A DNA stretch of 32,000 nucleotides from Promethearchaeota archaeon. GTDB taxonomy: Archaea > Asgardarchaeota > Hermodarchaeia > Hermodarchaeales > Hermodarchaeaceae. Made by a program: the position numbers and the translations under genes. The stretch covers positions 49,463-81,462 of the forward strand of contig JBHLMI010000009.1 of assembly GCA_048938295.1 (NCBI GenBank), read 5' to 3'. The notes under the pieces were generated by a model that had not been told where the DNA came from, made no database searches, and worked only from the letters and a program-made list of their open reading frames with translations. Numbering within the stretch: position 1 is the first letter of the stretch; each line of letters begins with the position of its first letter. Shown piece after piece: positions 18,267 through 27,817 of the stretch.

Positions 18267-19013
18267 TTATTTCACGAATTGAAATTCGTAGTCTTTCAAG
18301 GAGTAGATGTGTTTTCGGTCATCGAAGGTTAATCCTCGGTTCTTTATCACTTGTATCACACGCAGAGGTTGGCCATTCGTTTTGGGTTCACTGGTGAATT
18401 GGATGATAGAGTCACAGATACGTTCAATGCTTTCAACAAAGGCGGGAGAGTGCATTTCAGGATAGAAGGAGGCTGCAACGGTTAGATGGCGGGATCGGAT
18501 AAGCGGGAGTAAACTGAGCCAAAAGCGCCACGCAACTTTGTCTGATTCCATGGCATGTAAGAGGACGCTTAAGGAATCAATGAACATGAGTGGACGCTCA
18601 AACCGGTTCACTGTGGTTCGCCATTCTTCATAGAATTTGGCTGCATATCGGACGTTGGAACAGCGAATTATGCCATTTTCACTAATACCAGGGATTTGAG
18701 CAGGTTCTCCGTAGGTCATCGAGGAGAGGGCATCCATGAAGATGAATTGATCTGATTTTGCCGTTGACAGAATTTTATGAGCGCCAGGAAGGTCTTGAAA
18801 CTCTTTAACGGTATGTTCAGAAAGTAACAAGATTGCACCTTCTCCACGTTGCACACCGGCAGAGAGGAAATCCGTTCCAATAATTCCGGTTAACCCACTG
18901 GATTCACCGTGTAATTCTTCCAAAAGACAGGTGGTTCCAGGTCGTAATCCTCCGCCTAAAAATGTGTCAATAGTGGGAATTCCTATCGATATGATGTTCT
19001 CATCTTTGGACAT
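18267..19013 (-). CDS. KaiC/RAD55-like RecA-fold protein with degenerate Walker A (copy 2)
   Basis: IGIPTIDTFLGGGL, EELHGESSG (no GKT), FIDSL and KNRG; clear paralog of 12297-13037. Confidence 0.85.
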   Translation of the reverse strand: MSKDENIISIGIPTIDTFLGGGLRPGTTCLLEELHGESSGLTGIIGTDFLSAGVQRGEGAILLLSEHTVKEFQDLPGAHKILSTAKSDQFIFMDALSSMTYGEPAQIPGISENGIIRCSNVRYAAKFYEEWRTTVNRFERPLMFIDSLSVLLHAMESDKVAWRFWLSLLPLIRSRHLTVAASFYPEMHSPAFVESIERICDSIIQFTSEPKTNGQPLRVIQVIKNRGLTFDDRKHIYSLKDYEFQFVK

Positions 19014-19127
19014 GGTCTGTTATCCACCTGAGTGCTCAGCCTACTAATTATTATGGATTCGTTTCTTAACGATTTTTCTCTTCCTCAATCCTCATCGAAC
19101 TCAGGTCGAGAGATTATGAGCGGAGGT

Positions 19128-20036
19128 CTAGTAAATCGTACGGGCGATGTCTTCGATGAAATCTGACCGATGCTCTATTAGAAGCTGTGGATCCTCAACG
19201 AAGATGGTGATTGCATAGGTCAACGCCATGGAGCTGACTGAAACCAAGGAAAAGACAGGCTCAAATCCAAATTTCTGTTCCCATCGTTTACATATGTCAC
19301 TAAGGAACTTTGCATAATCTTCTTCTTTCACTTCAATGGGAAATTCCAGCTCTAGGGTGTATTGGATAAGATCAGAAGGATCAATGACTTTACTAATGCT
19401 TTGCCAGATACGCGAAGGCATAGAGGTGCTTCCTTTGGTGTCCTTTTCCGTTTTTCTCTTCTTTCTCTGTTTACGGTCAAATTTGAAGTTCGTCACCGAG
19501 GAGCTCATAACATTGTTGTTGGGTATCAGTGTGACAGATCCATTGATTTGTCGCAGTTTAGTATAGTTCATGCTCACTTCAAGGACAATGCCTTCATTTC
19601 CTCCAATGCGGACATAATCACCTACATCAAAAGGATCCGTAAATAGCACATAGATGCCAGCGACGAAGTTGCGCATGGCGGCACTAATTGCTATACCCAC
19701 TGCAAGACCAATGATTACCGAAGCATCACCGACTATCAAGCTTATCCAAACTAAAAACTGGGGAGGAAGGAAAGCGGTCAACACGACAATCGCTATCCAA
19801 ATGAAGATAAGGCGTATTGCGAGAATCAGCCCGTTTATTGCATCAGCGGACATGCCTCCGTGCACTGCTCTTCTTCTAAGAAATCGGGCGATGAAGGATG
19901 AAATAATCAGGAGAATGATCCAAATGCAAAATACTACGATAATATTGGGAAGAAACGGGCTCCAAAACTGCAACCATTGTAGAAAATTCTCAATGATTAT
20001 TCCGAGGGGGTCTGTAGCTTGCAGCATAGATTTCAC
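19128..20036 (-). CDS. mscS: Small-conductance mechanosensitive channel (MscS family)
   Basis: N-terminal TM helices, then NFVAG...DPFDVGDYVRIGGNEGIV...T.L...NG...IPN, the MscS beta-domain signature. Confidence 0.88.
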   Translation of the reverse strand: MKSMLQATDPLGIIIENFLQWLQFWSPFLPNIIVVFCIWIILLIISSFIARFLRRRAVHGGMSADAINGLILAIRLIFIWIAIVVLTAFLPPQFLVWISLIVGDASVIIGLAVGIAISAAMRNFVAGIYVLFTDPFDVGDYVRIGGNEGIVLEVSMNYTKLRQINGSVTLIPNNNVMSSSVTNFKFDRKQRKKRKTEKDTKGSTSMPSRIWQSISKVIDPSDLIQYTLELEFPIEVKEEDYAKFLSDICKRWEQKFGFEPVFSLVSVSSMALTYAITIFVEDPQLLIEHRSDFIEDIARTIY

Positions 20037-20290
20037 GGGCTTTGATTGAATGTGTTGGGTAATTAGGGGGATTTTAGATTCAGGACTCCTGCTTCGGAGA
20101 GGGAGGAAAGAGGATTGATTATGATCAATTCCTTCAGCGCAGGTGATATGCCATTGTGAACCGGGTTTATTTCAGCCTTTGGCTCATGATGCTTCTATAA
20201 GACTACAATCCACAGGTCGACTAGTTTATCTAGCCCCAAGCTTTTTCAATTTGCAAGGGCTACGCTACGCCATAGTAAAGGATGGTTTAA

Positions 20291-21358
20291 ATGATGCAGG
20301 AGCCCGGAAAACGGCGAATCGACAAAGTTGGGCTTCCCCCTGGAACTCTTTTATATGTTGGTGATAAACCCGTCGAGTCAACGGTTATTTCATATACTAT
20401 ATACGATGAGAAAAATGTGAGCGGGAAGGTTGTTTCCTCCATCGAAGAGTTACCTGAGGTTCCTTCAGCAGAATCTGTACTGTGGATCCAGATTACCGGA
20501 CTAGGGAACATCGAGCAAATCCAGCACATGGGTGAGAAGTTTCATTTAGATTCACTCGTATTGGAAGATGTTCTTGCCACAGATCAGCGTCCGAAACACG
20601 AAAACTACGACGGATACGAATATACCGTGATACAAGCCCTAACCAAGAAAGTGTCCAAAAAGACACCCGACCAAGAACAAATCAGTTTGATTCTAGGTTC
20701 AAATTATGTAATTTCGATTCAAGAACGCCAGACGCTGCTGTTCCAATCCATTCGGGAATGGATTCAACACAACCACGGTCAGATCAGAACTCGTGGTCCA
20801 TACTACCTCCTCTATTCCCTGATAGATTCAATCGTAGACCAATATTTCGTTTTCCTAGAAGCCTTTGGCGAAGAAATTGAAGATCTTGAGGAAGAGCTGG
20901 TATCAGATCCAACCCAAATTACTCTACAAACGATCTACGACATGAAACGTACGATGGCGATGATGCGGAAAGTTGTTTGGCCTTTACGAGAAGTAATAAG
21001 TCGCCTAGAACGGACTGAGGCTCCAGTACTTCGAGACCGTACAGGACGTTTTCTGGGAGACATATACGACCATGTTATTCGGGTTCTTGAAAGTGTAGAA
21101 ACGTCCCGAGAAACCCTTTCGGGGATGTTGGATATTTACTTGACCAGCATGAGTAATCGTATGAACGAGGTGATGAAAGTCTTAACCATCGTCGCCACTA
21201 TTTTCATTCCCCTGACTTTGATTGTTGGTATTTATGGTATGAACTTCCCTAACATGCCTGAATATCACTTTCCATACAGTTATCCCATTTTGTTGATTGT
21301 GATGCTCTGTATCGGAGTAGGGTTATTAGCGTATTTCCGGAAAAAGCGATGGCTCTAA
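20291..21358 (+). CDS. corA: CorA Mg/Co transporter
   Basis: GLPPGTL N-terminus, EDV...QRPK.E, NEVMKVLT and YGMNF signature with two C-terminal TM helices. Confidence 0.96.
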   Translation: MMQEPGKRRIDKVGLPPGTLLYVGDKPVESTVISYTIYDEKNVSGKVVSSIEELPEVPSAESVLWIQITGLGNIEQIQHMGEKFHLDSLVLEDVLATDQRPKHENYDGYEYTVIQALTKKVSKKTPDQEQISLILGSNYVISIQERQTLLFQSIREWIQHNHGQIRTRGPYYLLYSLIDSIVDQYFVFLEAFGEEIEDLEEELVSDPTQITLQTIYDMKRTMAMMRKVVWPLREVISRLERTEAPVLRDRTGRFLGDIYDHVIRVLESVETSRETLSGMLDIYLTSMSNRMNEVMKVLTIVATIFIPLTLIVGIYGMNFPNMPEYHFPYSYPILLIVMLCIGVGLLAYFRKKRWL

Positions 21359-21427
21359 AAGGAGGTACTTTCTGTTGACCGGGGTATCCGACAGTATCGT
21401 TATCCCAATCGAGGGGTGTTGAACTGA

Positions 21428-23218
21428 GTGTCTGAGGTCAAATATAGGAGCGCAACTGGCTACCAATTGGCTGCCTTAAGGCGATATCCAGGCGTCACCA
21501 TTGCAGCTACAACTCTAGCTCTCTTTGCCTCTTATCTGTTAACCCTTCCTGCCATCCTGATTGGAAATGCCATCAACATCCTTGAATCTGAAGGATGGGG
21601 CTTAGCCTTTATCATACAGGTGTGGACCATTCTGGGAATCGCCTTCACCCTCTTCCTCATTATCTTGCTTGCGGGTTACGCATTCGCTATCATTACTTTA
21701 CGCTGGGAACGCGATGCACGCCAAGAGTTCTTCGAACTTATCCAAGACAATAGCATGACCTTCCATGACCAGGTGGATAGCAACCAGCTACTTGCGGTCG
21801 CCATGCAAGATGTACGTTGGGTAAGATTCTCGCTTAACCCCGCTCTACGCAACATCATTTCAGCGCTTGGCACGCTGATTATCGCCTCCATCTTCCTTGC
21901 CTTGATGGATTTATGGCTGGGAGTCATCGTGGTGATTGGCGCACCATTGTATCTCTACCTAGCATACCGCTATGCTGTGAAAATTGAACCCGTCCGCCGG
22001 AAACGATCAGAACAGAACGAGAGCATCACTTCAATCAGCCAAGAGGTATTTCGTGGTATCGAAGTTGTACGAGCCTTTGGATCCGAAGAGCGAGAACAAG
22101 AAAAGTTCAATGACGCGGCAGGAGTCTATGAGGAACTAACAGCTCGTGAAGGGAAGCTTGGATCCTTTTATCTCCCAACCTTGATCCTTATTGCCATAAC
22201 AACGATCGCGTTCGTGTACGGGGCGTATCTGGTCTTAGCGGGGACTTGGTCTGTCGGTATGCTTGTCACTGCCCTTGGGCTGTTTGCTGCCATTGAAGGG
22301 TTTAGCTTCATGCTTCCCCGCTTCCTACTCGTTATTCGGGGCGGACATGTTAACGCTCAACGAATCATTAAAGTGCTCAATTGGCAAGACCCTCTCCAAG
22401 AACCCGAACCAGGAGTGACGGATGTCAATTGGACCGGAGATATTGTGTTTGATAACGTCAGTTTTCAATATGCTATTGATGGTGGTCACAGTAATTCTTA
22501 TGCTTTGAAAAACGTTAATCTCACAATTCCGAGTGGCTCGCGGGTAGCACTAATTGGAGGTCCGGGAGGAGGCAAGAGCACCATTCTTAAACTCCTTTTA
22601 CGACTCTACGACCCCACAGAGGGGCGTGTTCTTGTGGGAGGTGTTGATCTTCATAACGTGTTGACGCGAGACGTACGTGCGGCAGTCGGGCTTGTTGAGC
22701 AGGATATCTTTCTTTTCCGGATGAGCGTTCGGGACAATATCGGATTCGGTTGTATTGAAGCATGTGAAGAGGAAATCATCGATGCAGCGAAAAAAGCGCA
22801 AGCACACGAATTCATCATGAAATTACCCCAAGGATATGACACAATTATTGGCGAGCGTGGGATGACGTTGAGTGGTGGACAACGTCAGCGTTTAGCTATC
22901 GCACGAACCTTAATCCAAAATCCGAAAATTCTACTTTTAGATGATTCGGTGAGCGCGATTGATGCCCAAACCGAATATTCTCTGCGAAAAGCACTCGACG
23001 AAGTGATGAAAAACCGAACAAGCATAACAGTCACACAGCGTCTCCGAACACTTCTGGAGTCTGACCTGATTATCATTATTGATAAGGGTGTTATCGTTGC
23101 AACGGGAAGCCATGATTCATTAATAGAGAGCTCCGAACATTATCAGCGTATTTTTGAGAGGCTCCCAGGTGCTTTGTCTTTTGCTAAAAAGAAGCCAAGA
23201 AAGGAGGAAGGTAATTAA
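21428..23218 (+). CDS. Type IV ABC exporter half-transporter (TMD+NBD), degenerate-site subunit
   Basis: Walker A GGPGGGKST, signature LSGGQ, Walker B LLLDD (Asp replaces the catalytic Glu) and switch TQRL (Gln replaces His). Confidence 0.94.
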   Translation: MSEVKYRSATGYQLAALRRYPGVTIAATTLALFASYLLTLPAILIGNAINILESEGWGLAFIIQVWTILGIAFTLFLIILLAGYAFAIITLRWERDARQEFFELIQDNSMTFHDQVDSNQLLAVAMQDVRWVRFSLNPALRNIISALGTLIIASIFLALMDLWLGVIVVIGAPLYLYLAYRYAVKIEPVRRKRSEQNESITSISQEVFRGIEVVRAFGSEEREQEKFNDAAGVYEELTAREGKLGSFYLPTLILIAITTIAFVYGAYLVLAGTWSVGMLVTALGLFAAIEGFSFMLPRFLLVIRGGHVNAQRIIKVLNWQDPLQEPEPGVTDVNWTGDIVFDNVSFQYAIDGGHSNSYALKNVNLTIPSGSRVALIGGPGGGKSTILKLLLRLYDPTEGRVLVGGVDLHNVLTRDVRAAVGLVEQDIFLFRMSVRDNIGFGCIEACEEEIIDAAKKAQAHEFIMKLPQGYDTIIGERGMTLSGGQRQRLAIARTLIQNPKILLLDDSVSAIDAQTEYSLRKALDEVMKNRTSITVTQRLRTLLESDLIIIIDKGVIVATGSHDSLIESSEHYQRIFERLPGALSFAKKKPRKEEGN

Positions 23219-25125
23219 TGGCGATACGTCGGGGACCCACTGCATTGGCAGGAGAAAGATATAAACGCAGTCGATCACTCCGCCGTCTCCTAGCTGCACA
23301 ATTTGGTTATCTTGGACGGTTCAAGAAACTCATTGTAATTGCAGCAATATTTGCCATCATCGCCACCGTCTTTTCTGCAATCGACCCCATATTCTTAGCG
23401 ATTGGAATTAATCTCGTTCTCACCCCAGGGTCCCCCTTAAGCGCGGTTTTGTTCTTAGGAATAATCTATGTTGTTTTAAGGGCGGCTAGTTGGCTTCTAA
23501 ATTCATTATACACGTGGCTGCTAGCAGGTGCACAGGCAGGATACATCCGTTCACTGCAACAAGATATTTACAAAAAATTGGTTCACACAGATTTGTCTTA
23601 TTTTCGTACCAAACAGAGCGGAGATATCACATCTCGGGTGACAACAGATACGGATAATCTAGCTGTTGGTATTCAGATTATCATTGATTTCGCTAGTCAG
23701 ATGCTCTTGTTAGTTGCTACTTTTATGATCATGTGGTTGGTAAACCCCTTAATCGCACTCACTTCACTTGTCGTTGTTCCGGTTGTAATCATTATTGTTG
23801 TGCTTTTTGGTACTGTTGGACAGCGCACTATGCTTGCTTCACAACGAGCAATCGGTTATGTCTCCGGGCAAATTGCAGAGAATCTCAGCGGAATTCACAT
23901 TGCCAAAGCCTTTAATCGAGAAGACGAAACTGCATCGATTTTAGGTAAATTAAACCAGGAATCATATCGGTATGGATTCAGATTCATGATGCTTATGACA
24001 CTCATGCAGCCCATGGTCCGAGCTACTGGTATTGCAGCAGTGGCAGCTGTGCTATTTGTTGGGGGAAGCCTTGCGATTGGCACTACACCGCTCCTTACCA
24101 TTGGAGAGGTATTTCTTGGCGTGATTCTTATTCAACGGTTTTTGTGGCCTCTTCTTAATCTAAGTATGATGGCCACTCAATTCCAAGCCTCCCTTGCATC
24201 TATGGATCGGCTTCTTGACATCCTCGAAGCTAGGCCAACAATTCAAAATAGCGAGACTGCTGTTCCACTTCAGGCGAATAGCGACGGAATCACCTTTGAT
24301 GATGTTAGCTTCAGTTATGTTGAAGGGGCCGAAGTATTAGAGGAAGTCAACTTTACCGTTAGTCCAGGGGAGATGGTTGCGATTGTGGGTCATACTGGAG
24401 CAGGCAAGACTACAATCGCTGCTCTTATTAACCGGTTTTATGATCCCCAAGAAGGTAGCATCAGGATTGGTGAACAAGATCTATGTTCAATTACCTTGGA
24501 ATCGCTTCATGAGAATGTGGCTCTGATTGCTCAAGAGCCCTATCTGTTTGATGACACAGTGATGGAAAACATCCGGTATGGACGGCCAGAGGCCACCGAC
24601 GAAGAGATCCTCGAACTATCTAAACTAATTGGTGCACACGAATTCATTGAAGTTCTTCCCCAAGAATATGAGACTAAGCTCTCCGAAGGAGGAAAGAACC
24701 TAAGCGCTGGGCAAGTGCAAATGATTTCCATTGCCCGGACTATGTTAGCAAATCCAAAAATTCTTATTTTAGATGAAGCTACCAGCCGATTAGATGCCTA
24801 CTCGGAATCCTTAGTACAAACCGCCCAAGAACAGCTGTTTTCGAAAAGAACCACAGTCGTCATTGCCCATCGACTAACTACCATTGCTAACGCCTCACGC
24901 CTATTTGTTTTCGAAAATGGTAGACTCATTGAGCAGGGTACTCATGAAGAGCTCCTTGCGATGGGAGGCCACTACAAAGCCCTCTACGACACCTACTATG
25001 CTCACCAAACAGCAGAAGAAATCACCGAAGAAGTCCTCAAGATTGCCCAGGAAGAATTAGCAAAAGAAGAACCACCAAACCCCTCGCTAGGACCAGGTAT
25101 GAAGAGAGATCAGAGCGGCGGATAG
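23218..25125 (+). CDS. Type IV ABC exporter half-transporter (TMD+NBD), consensus-site subunit
   Basis: GHTGAGKTT, non-canonical signature LSAGQ, ILDEATS and AHRL. TAATG overlap with the partner gene. Confidence 0.94.
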   Translation: MAIRRGPTALAGERYKRSRSLRRLLAAQFGYLGRFKKLIVIAAIFAIIATVFSAIDPIFLAIGINLVLTPGSPLSAVLFLGIIYVVLRAASWLLNSLYTWLLAGAQAGYIRSLQQDIYKKLVHTDLSYFRTKQSGDITSRVTTDTDNLAVGIQIIIDFASQMLLLVATFMIMWLVNPLIALTSLVVVPVVIIIVVLFGTVGQRTMLASQRAIGYVSGQIAENLSGIHIAKAFNREDETASILGKLNQESYRYGFRFMMLMTLMQPMVRATGIAAVAAVLFVGGSLAIGTTPLLTIGEVFLGVILIQRFLWPLLNLSMMATQFQASLASMDRLLDILEARPTIQNSETAVPLQANSDGITFDDVSFSYVEGAEVLEEVNFTVSPGEMVAIVGHTGAGKTTIAALINRFYDPQEGSIRIGEQDLCSITLESLHENVALIAQEPYLFDDTVMENIRYGRPEATDEEILELSKLIGAHEFIEVLPQEYETKLSEGGKNLSAGQVQMISIARTMLANPKILILDEATSRLDAYSESLVQTAQEQLFSKRTTVVIAHRLTTIANASRLFVFENGRLIEQGTHEELLAMGGHYKALYDTYYAHQTAEEITEEVLKIAQEELAKEEPPNPSLGPGMKRDQSGG

Positions 25126-25170
25126 CAGAGTACTATTTCGGATTTCTTAATAGGTGTGCCCACTGCTTTG

Positions 25171-25201
25171 AAAAGAGTGAAAGCCGACCAACACGGTCGG
25201 C
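25171..25201 (-). terminator. Hairpin terminator between convergent genes
   Basis: Perfect 7-bp stem GCCGACC-AACAC-GGTCGGC (25183-25201), followed on the minus strand by TTTCACTCTTTT. Confidence 0.6.
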
Positions 25202-25223
25202 AATACTTCGTTAAACCTTCTTT

Positions 25224-25706
25224 TCACATATAAGTGCTGATCAGCCAATGGCCAATACTGGTGACGATCATATTGATACCGAGGAAGACGATGAGCCAAC
25301 CGCAGAATGTGACAAACGCTGTGACGGGGAGATAATTCAGACTATACATGTACGCAGCCCAAGTAATACCAGCACTCGAAATGATACCACCGATTGATTC
25401 GATTTGGCGCCGATATGAATCGCGAAAGACAACTCGAAGGACTAGTACAATGATGTTAATGATGATGGTTCCTAGGAAGAAGAGATACATCGCATTGTAA
25501 ACAATGGCGTGTGCTGCAGGTGTTGTTGGTGTCCACCACCAGATCCCAGGAGTGACCTGGGTAAACACCATATCGAGGAGGAAGTTAATGATTGAGGGTA
25601 ATAGCGTCGGAATAGCAACTAAGAGTCCTGCCAGCAGTATGAGAATGAAACCAAAAGTAACTATGCCAAAAACATCTGGATCTTCACGCTTTCTTTTATT
25701 CAACAC
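25224..25706 (-). CDS. Hypothetical membrane protein (about 4 TM)
   Basis: Hydrophobic 160-aa ORF with GGGAGGT ribosome site before the GTG, 12 nt downstream of the zinc-ribbon gene. Confidence 0.8.
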   Translation of the reverse strand: MLNKRKREDPDVFGIVTFGFILILLAGLLVAIPTLLPSIINFLLDMVFTQVTPGIWWWTPTTPAAHAIVYNAMYLFFLGTIIINIIVLVLRVVFRDSYRRQIESIGGIISSAGITWAAYMYSLNYLPVTAFVTFCGWLIVFLGINMIVTSIGHWLISTYM

Positions 25707-25718
25707 AATTACCTCCCA

Positions 25719-26051
25719 CTACCCGACCTCCGTACTTAAACGACGTTTCCGTCGTATCGCGTTCAACGCGAAGAGAATGAGAATAACACCGACAGCAATG
25801 GCAACGATTGGGCCGATAACAAACCAGATGGGGATTTGGTAGACTAATGCTAATCCCAGGACGACAACAACGATGCCGAATAGGATTCCAAAGATGGCGC
25901 CTCCACCGGTAACACCGAAGCATTCTTCTTCAGCTCGTGTACCGACGCGCTCCCGCCAATGACGCTTGACAGGAGTTAATGGAGTACCGCACTTTTTGCA
26001 GAAGTCTGCCTCATCGGCGTTTTCGGTACCGCATTTCTGGCAATACACCAT
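25719..26051 (-). CDS. Zinc-ribbon membrane protein (110 aa)
   Basis: CQKCG...FCKKCG, EEECFG and two TM helices. Start moved to ATG 26051, which has GAGGTG upstream. Confidence 0.85.
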   Translation of the reverse strand: MVYCQKCGTENADEADFCKKCGTPLTPVKRHWRERVGTRAEEECFGVTGGGAIFGILFGIVVVVLGLALVYQIPIWFVIGPIVAIAVGVILILFALNAIRRKRRLSTEVG

Positions 26052-26398
26052 GAGAAACACCTCATCCAGCAGTAGCAACCTTTAGCTTCTTAAGACTTTG
26101 GGGAACCCGCAATCTCTCTAAAAGTGAAAAACCTGTGAAAGAGAAGTTTTTATTAACCTAACCACTAGGAACTAATCTTGTTGGGGACTGAGAAAGAAAT
26201 TCGGACCGGATTGGTAAATATTCAGGCACCACTTACTCCCCTAGAAACCATTCCCTCTCCCCTCCAATTGTGTCCTTTTTGTGGGGCCTGGATTGCCATT
26301 ACTCCGGTCTTCATTTTTCTTAGCTGAGCTGTGGGACCAAAGGGTTTTATTTTCTGATAGGGGATAGCGGATGCACGATTCGTTGGGTTTGTGTTGTT

Positions 26399-27817
26399 TT
26401 GAGAATCTTGTTTGTTGAGCCTCCGAAGAAGCCATGGTTTGTGATGGGTGAATATTTGCCACCGCCGTTGGGGTTACTGTGTTTAGCGGCGTACGTGGAG
26501 GCGAATCTGTCTGGGGTTGAAATCCAAGTGATGGATTGTCAGGTGGAACAAGCAGGGTGGAAGGAGGTTGAGCAGCGGATTCGAGAGTATGGTCCGGATG
26601 TTGTGGCTCCCAGTACGGTTTCAACGTGTAATGCCAATAATGTCCTTCGTGTGGCAAGCCTTGCGAAGGAGGTGGATGAGGAGATTGTGACGGTGGCAGG
26701 GGGTCAGCATTTTTCGGTGCTGGCACAGGCAGTGTTGGAGACGCATCTTCAGCTGGATTTCATTGTTCGGGGTGAGGGAGAGCAGACCTTGTTAGAACTT
26801 ATACGTGCCTTGGATACTCGTGAAGGTTTACAGGGAATTGATGGAATCTCCTTTCGGAAGGATCACCAAGTGGTTCATGCGCCAGATCGGTCGATGATTC
26901 CAGATTTGGATAGTCTCCCGTTTCCAGGGTACCATTTTGTCCGAGAGCATATGGGGAAGTATCGGTTTCCAGCGGGTAAGGATTTGCCTTATGCGTTAGT
27001 GGAAGGGAGTCGGGGGTGTGCACATGCCTGTTCGTTTTGTGGGCAGTGGCGGTATTGGGGAGCGTGTCGGCGTAAGTCCCCTGAACGTGTGGCAGATGAG
27101 TTCGAGTATTTGTATCGGGAGTTTGGGAGCCGGTTTCTTTGGCTGGTCGATGATTTCATTCAATTGGATGAGTGGATGCTTAAGCTGTGTAATGAGCTGA
27201 TCGAGCGTGGAATTACTGAAGAGTTGATGTGGTTCTTTCAGATCCGTGCGGATGAAATCATTTCAGGGAAGGAGTTGTTGCCAAAGCTTCACAAGACGGG
27301 GGTCAAGTGGGTTATGACAGGATTAGAGAGCCACGATGAGGCGGTGCTTGCGGAGTATCATAAAGGCATTGAAGTCGCCATGGGAAAAGAGGCTATCAAT
27401 CTGTTACGGGAAAACGACATCCTGTCCCAGACAACGGCAATTATTGGACATCGTCAGGAATCTTATGAATCGATTAAGGCATTTCGTGAGTGGATTGATG
27501 CGGTGGATCCAGATATCGCGGTGTTCATGACAATGACGCCGTTTCCAGGTACGCAGTTGTATGAGGAGGCGCTGAAGAATGGGTGGATGGCGGATCCGCG
27601 TTGGAGCCAATTTGATATGGTTCATGCCATTATGCCTACAGAGCATTTGACTCGGGAACAAGTGCAAAAGGAGCTTTATGCCACGTATCGCAAGTTCTAT
27701 GGGTGGCGTCGGCGAATTGGTGGTACATTATCGATTAACGAAGTAAAGCGGACCTATTACCGACATATGATGTGGAAAGGGTTTCTAGGTTCGCTGAAGG
27801 GACTCATACGATTATGA
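26399..27817 (+). CDS. Cobalamin-binding radical SAM protein (class B methyltransferase/BchE-like family)
   Basis: B12-binding N-terminus (PPLGLLCLAA, GGQH, RGEGE), SRGCAHACSFC, G.ES and TPFPGT. Specific reaction unknown. Confidence 0.93.
   Translation: MRILFVEPPKKPWFVMGEYLPPPLGLLCLAAYVEANLSGVEIQVMDCQVEQAGWKEVEQRIREYGPDVVAPSTVSTCNANNVLRVASLAKEVDEEIVTVAGGQHFSVLAQAVLETHLQLDFIVRGEGEQTLLELIRALDTREGLQGIDGISFRKDHQVVHAPDRSMIPDLDSLPFPGYHFVREHMGKYRFPAGKDLPYALVEGSRGCAHACSFCGQWRYWGACRRKSPERVADEFEYLYREFGSRFLWLVDDFIQLDEWMLKLCNELIERGITEELMWFFQIRADEIISGKELLPKLHKTGVKWVMTGLESHDEAVLAEYHKGIEVAMGKEAINLLRENDILSQTTAIIGHRQESYESIKAFREWIDAVDPDIAVFMTMTPFPGTQLYEEALKNGWMADPRWSQFDMVHAIMPTEHLTREQVQKELYATYRKFYGWRRRIGGTLSINEVKRTYYRHMMWKGFLGSLKGLIRL

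Noticed and set aside
26241-26726. Pro/His-rich 161-aa minus-strand ORF
   Set aside because: Antisense shadow of the G-rich B12-radical SAM gene; the Pro/His richness is explained by the complementary C-rich strand.
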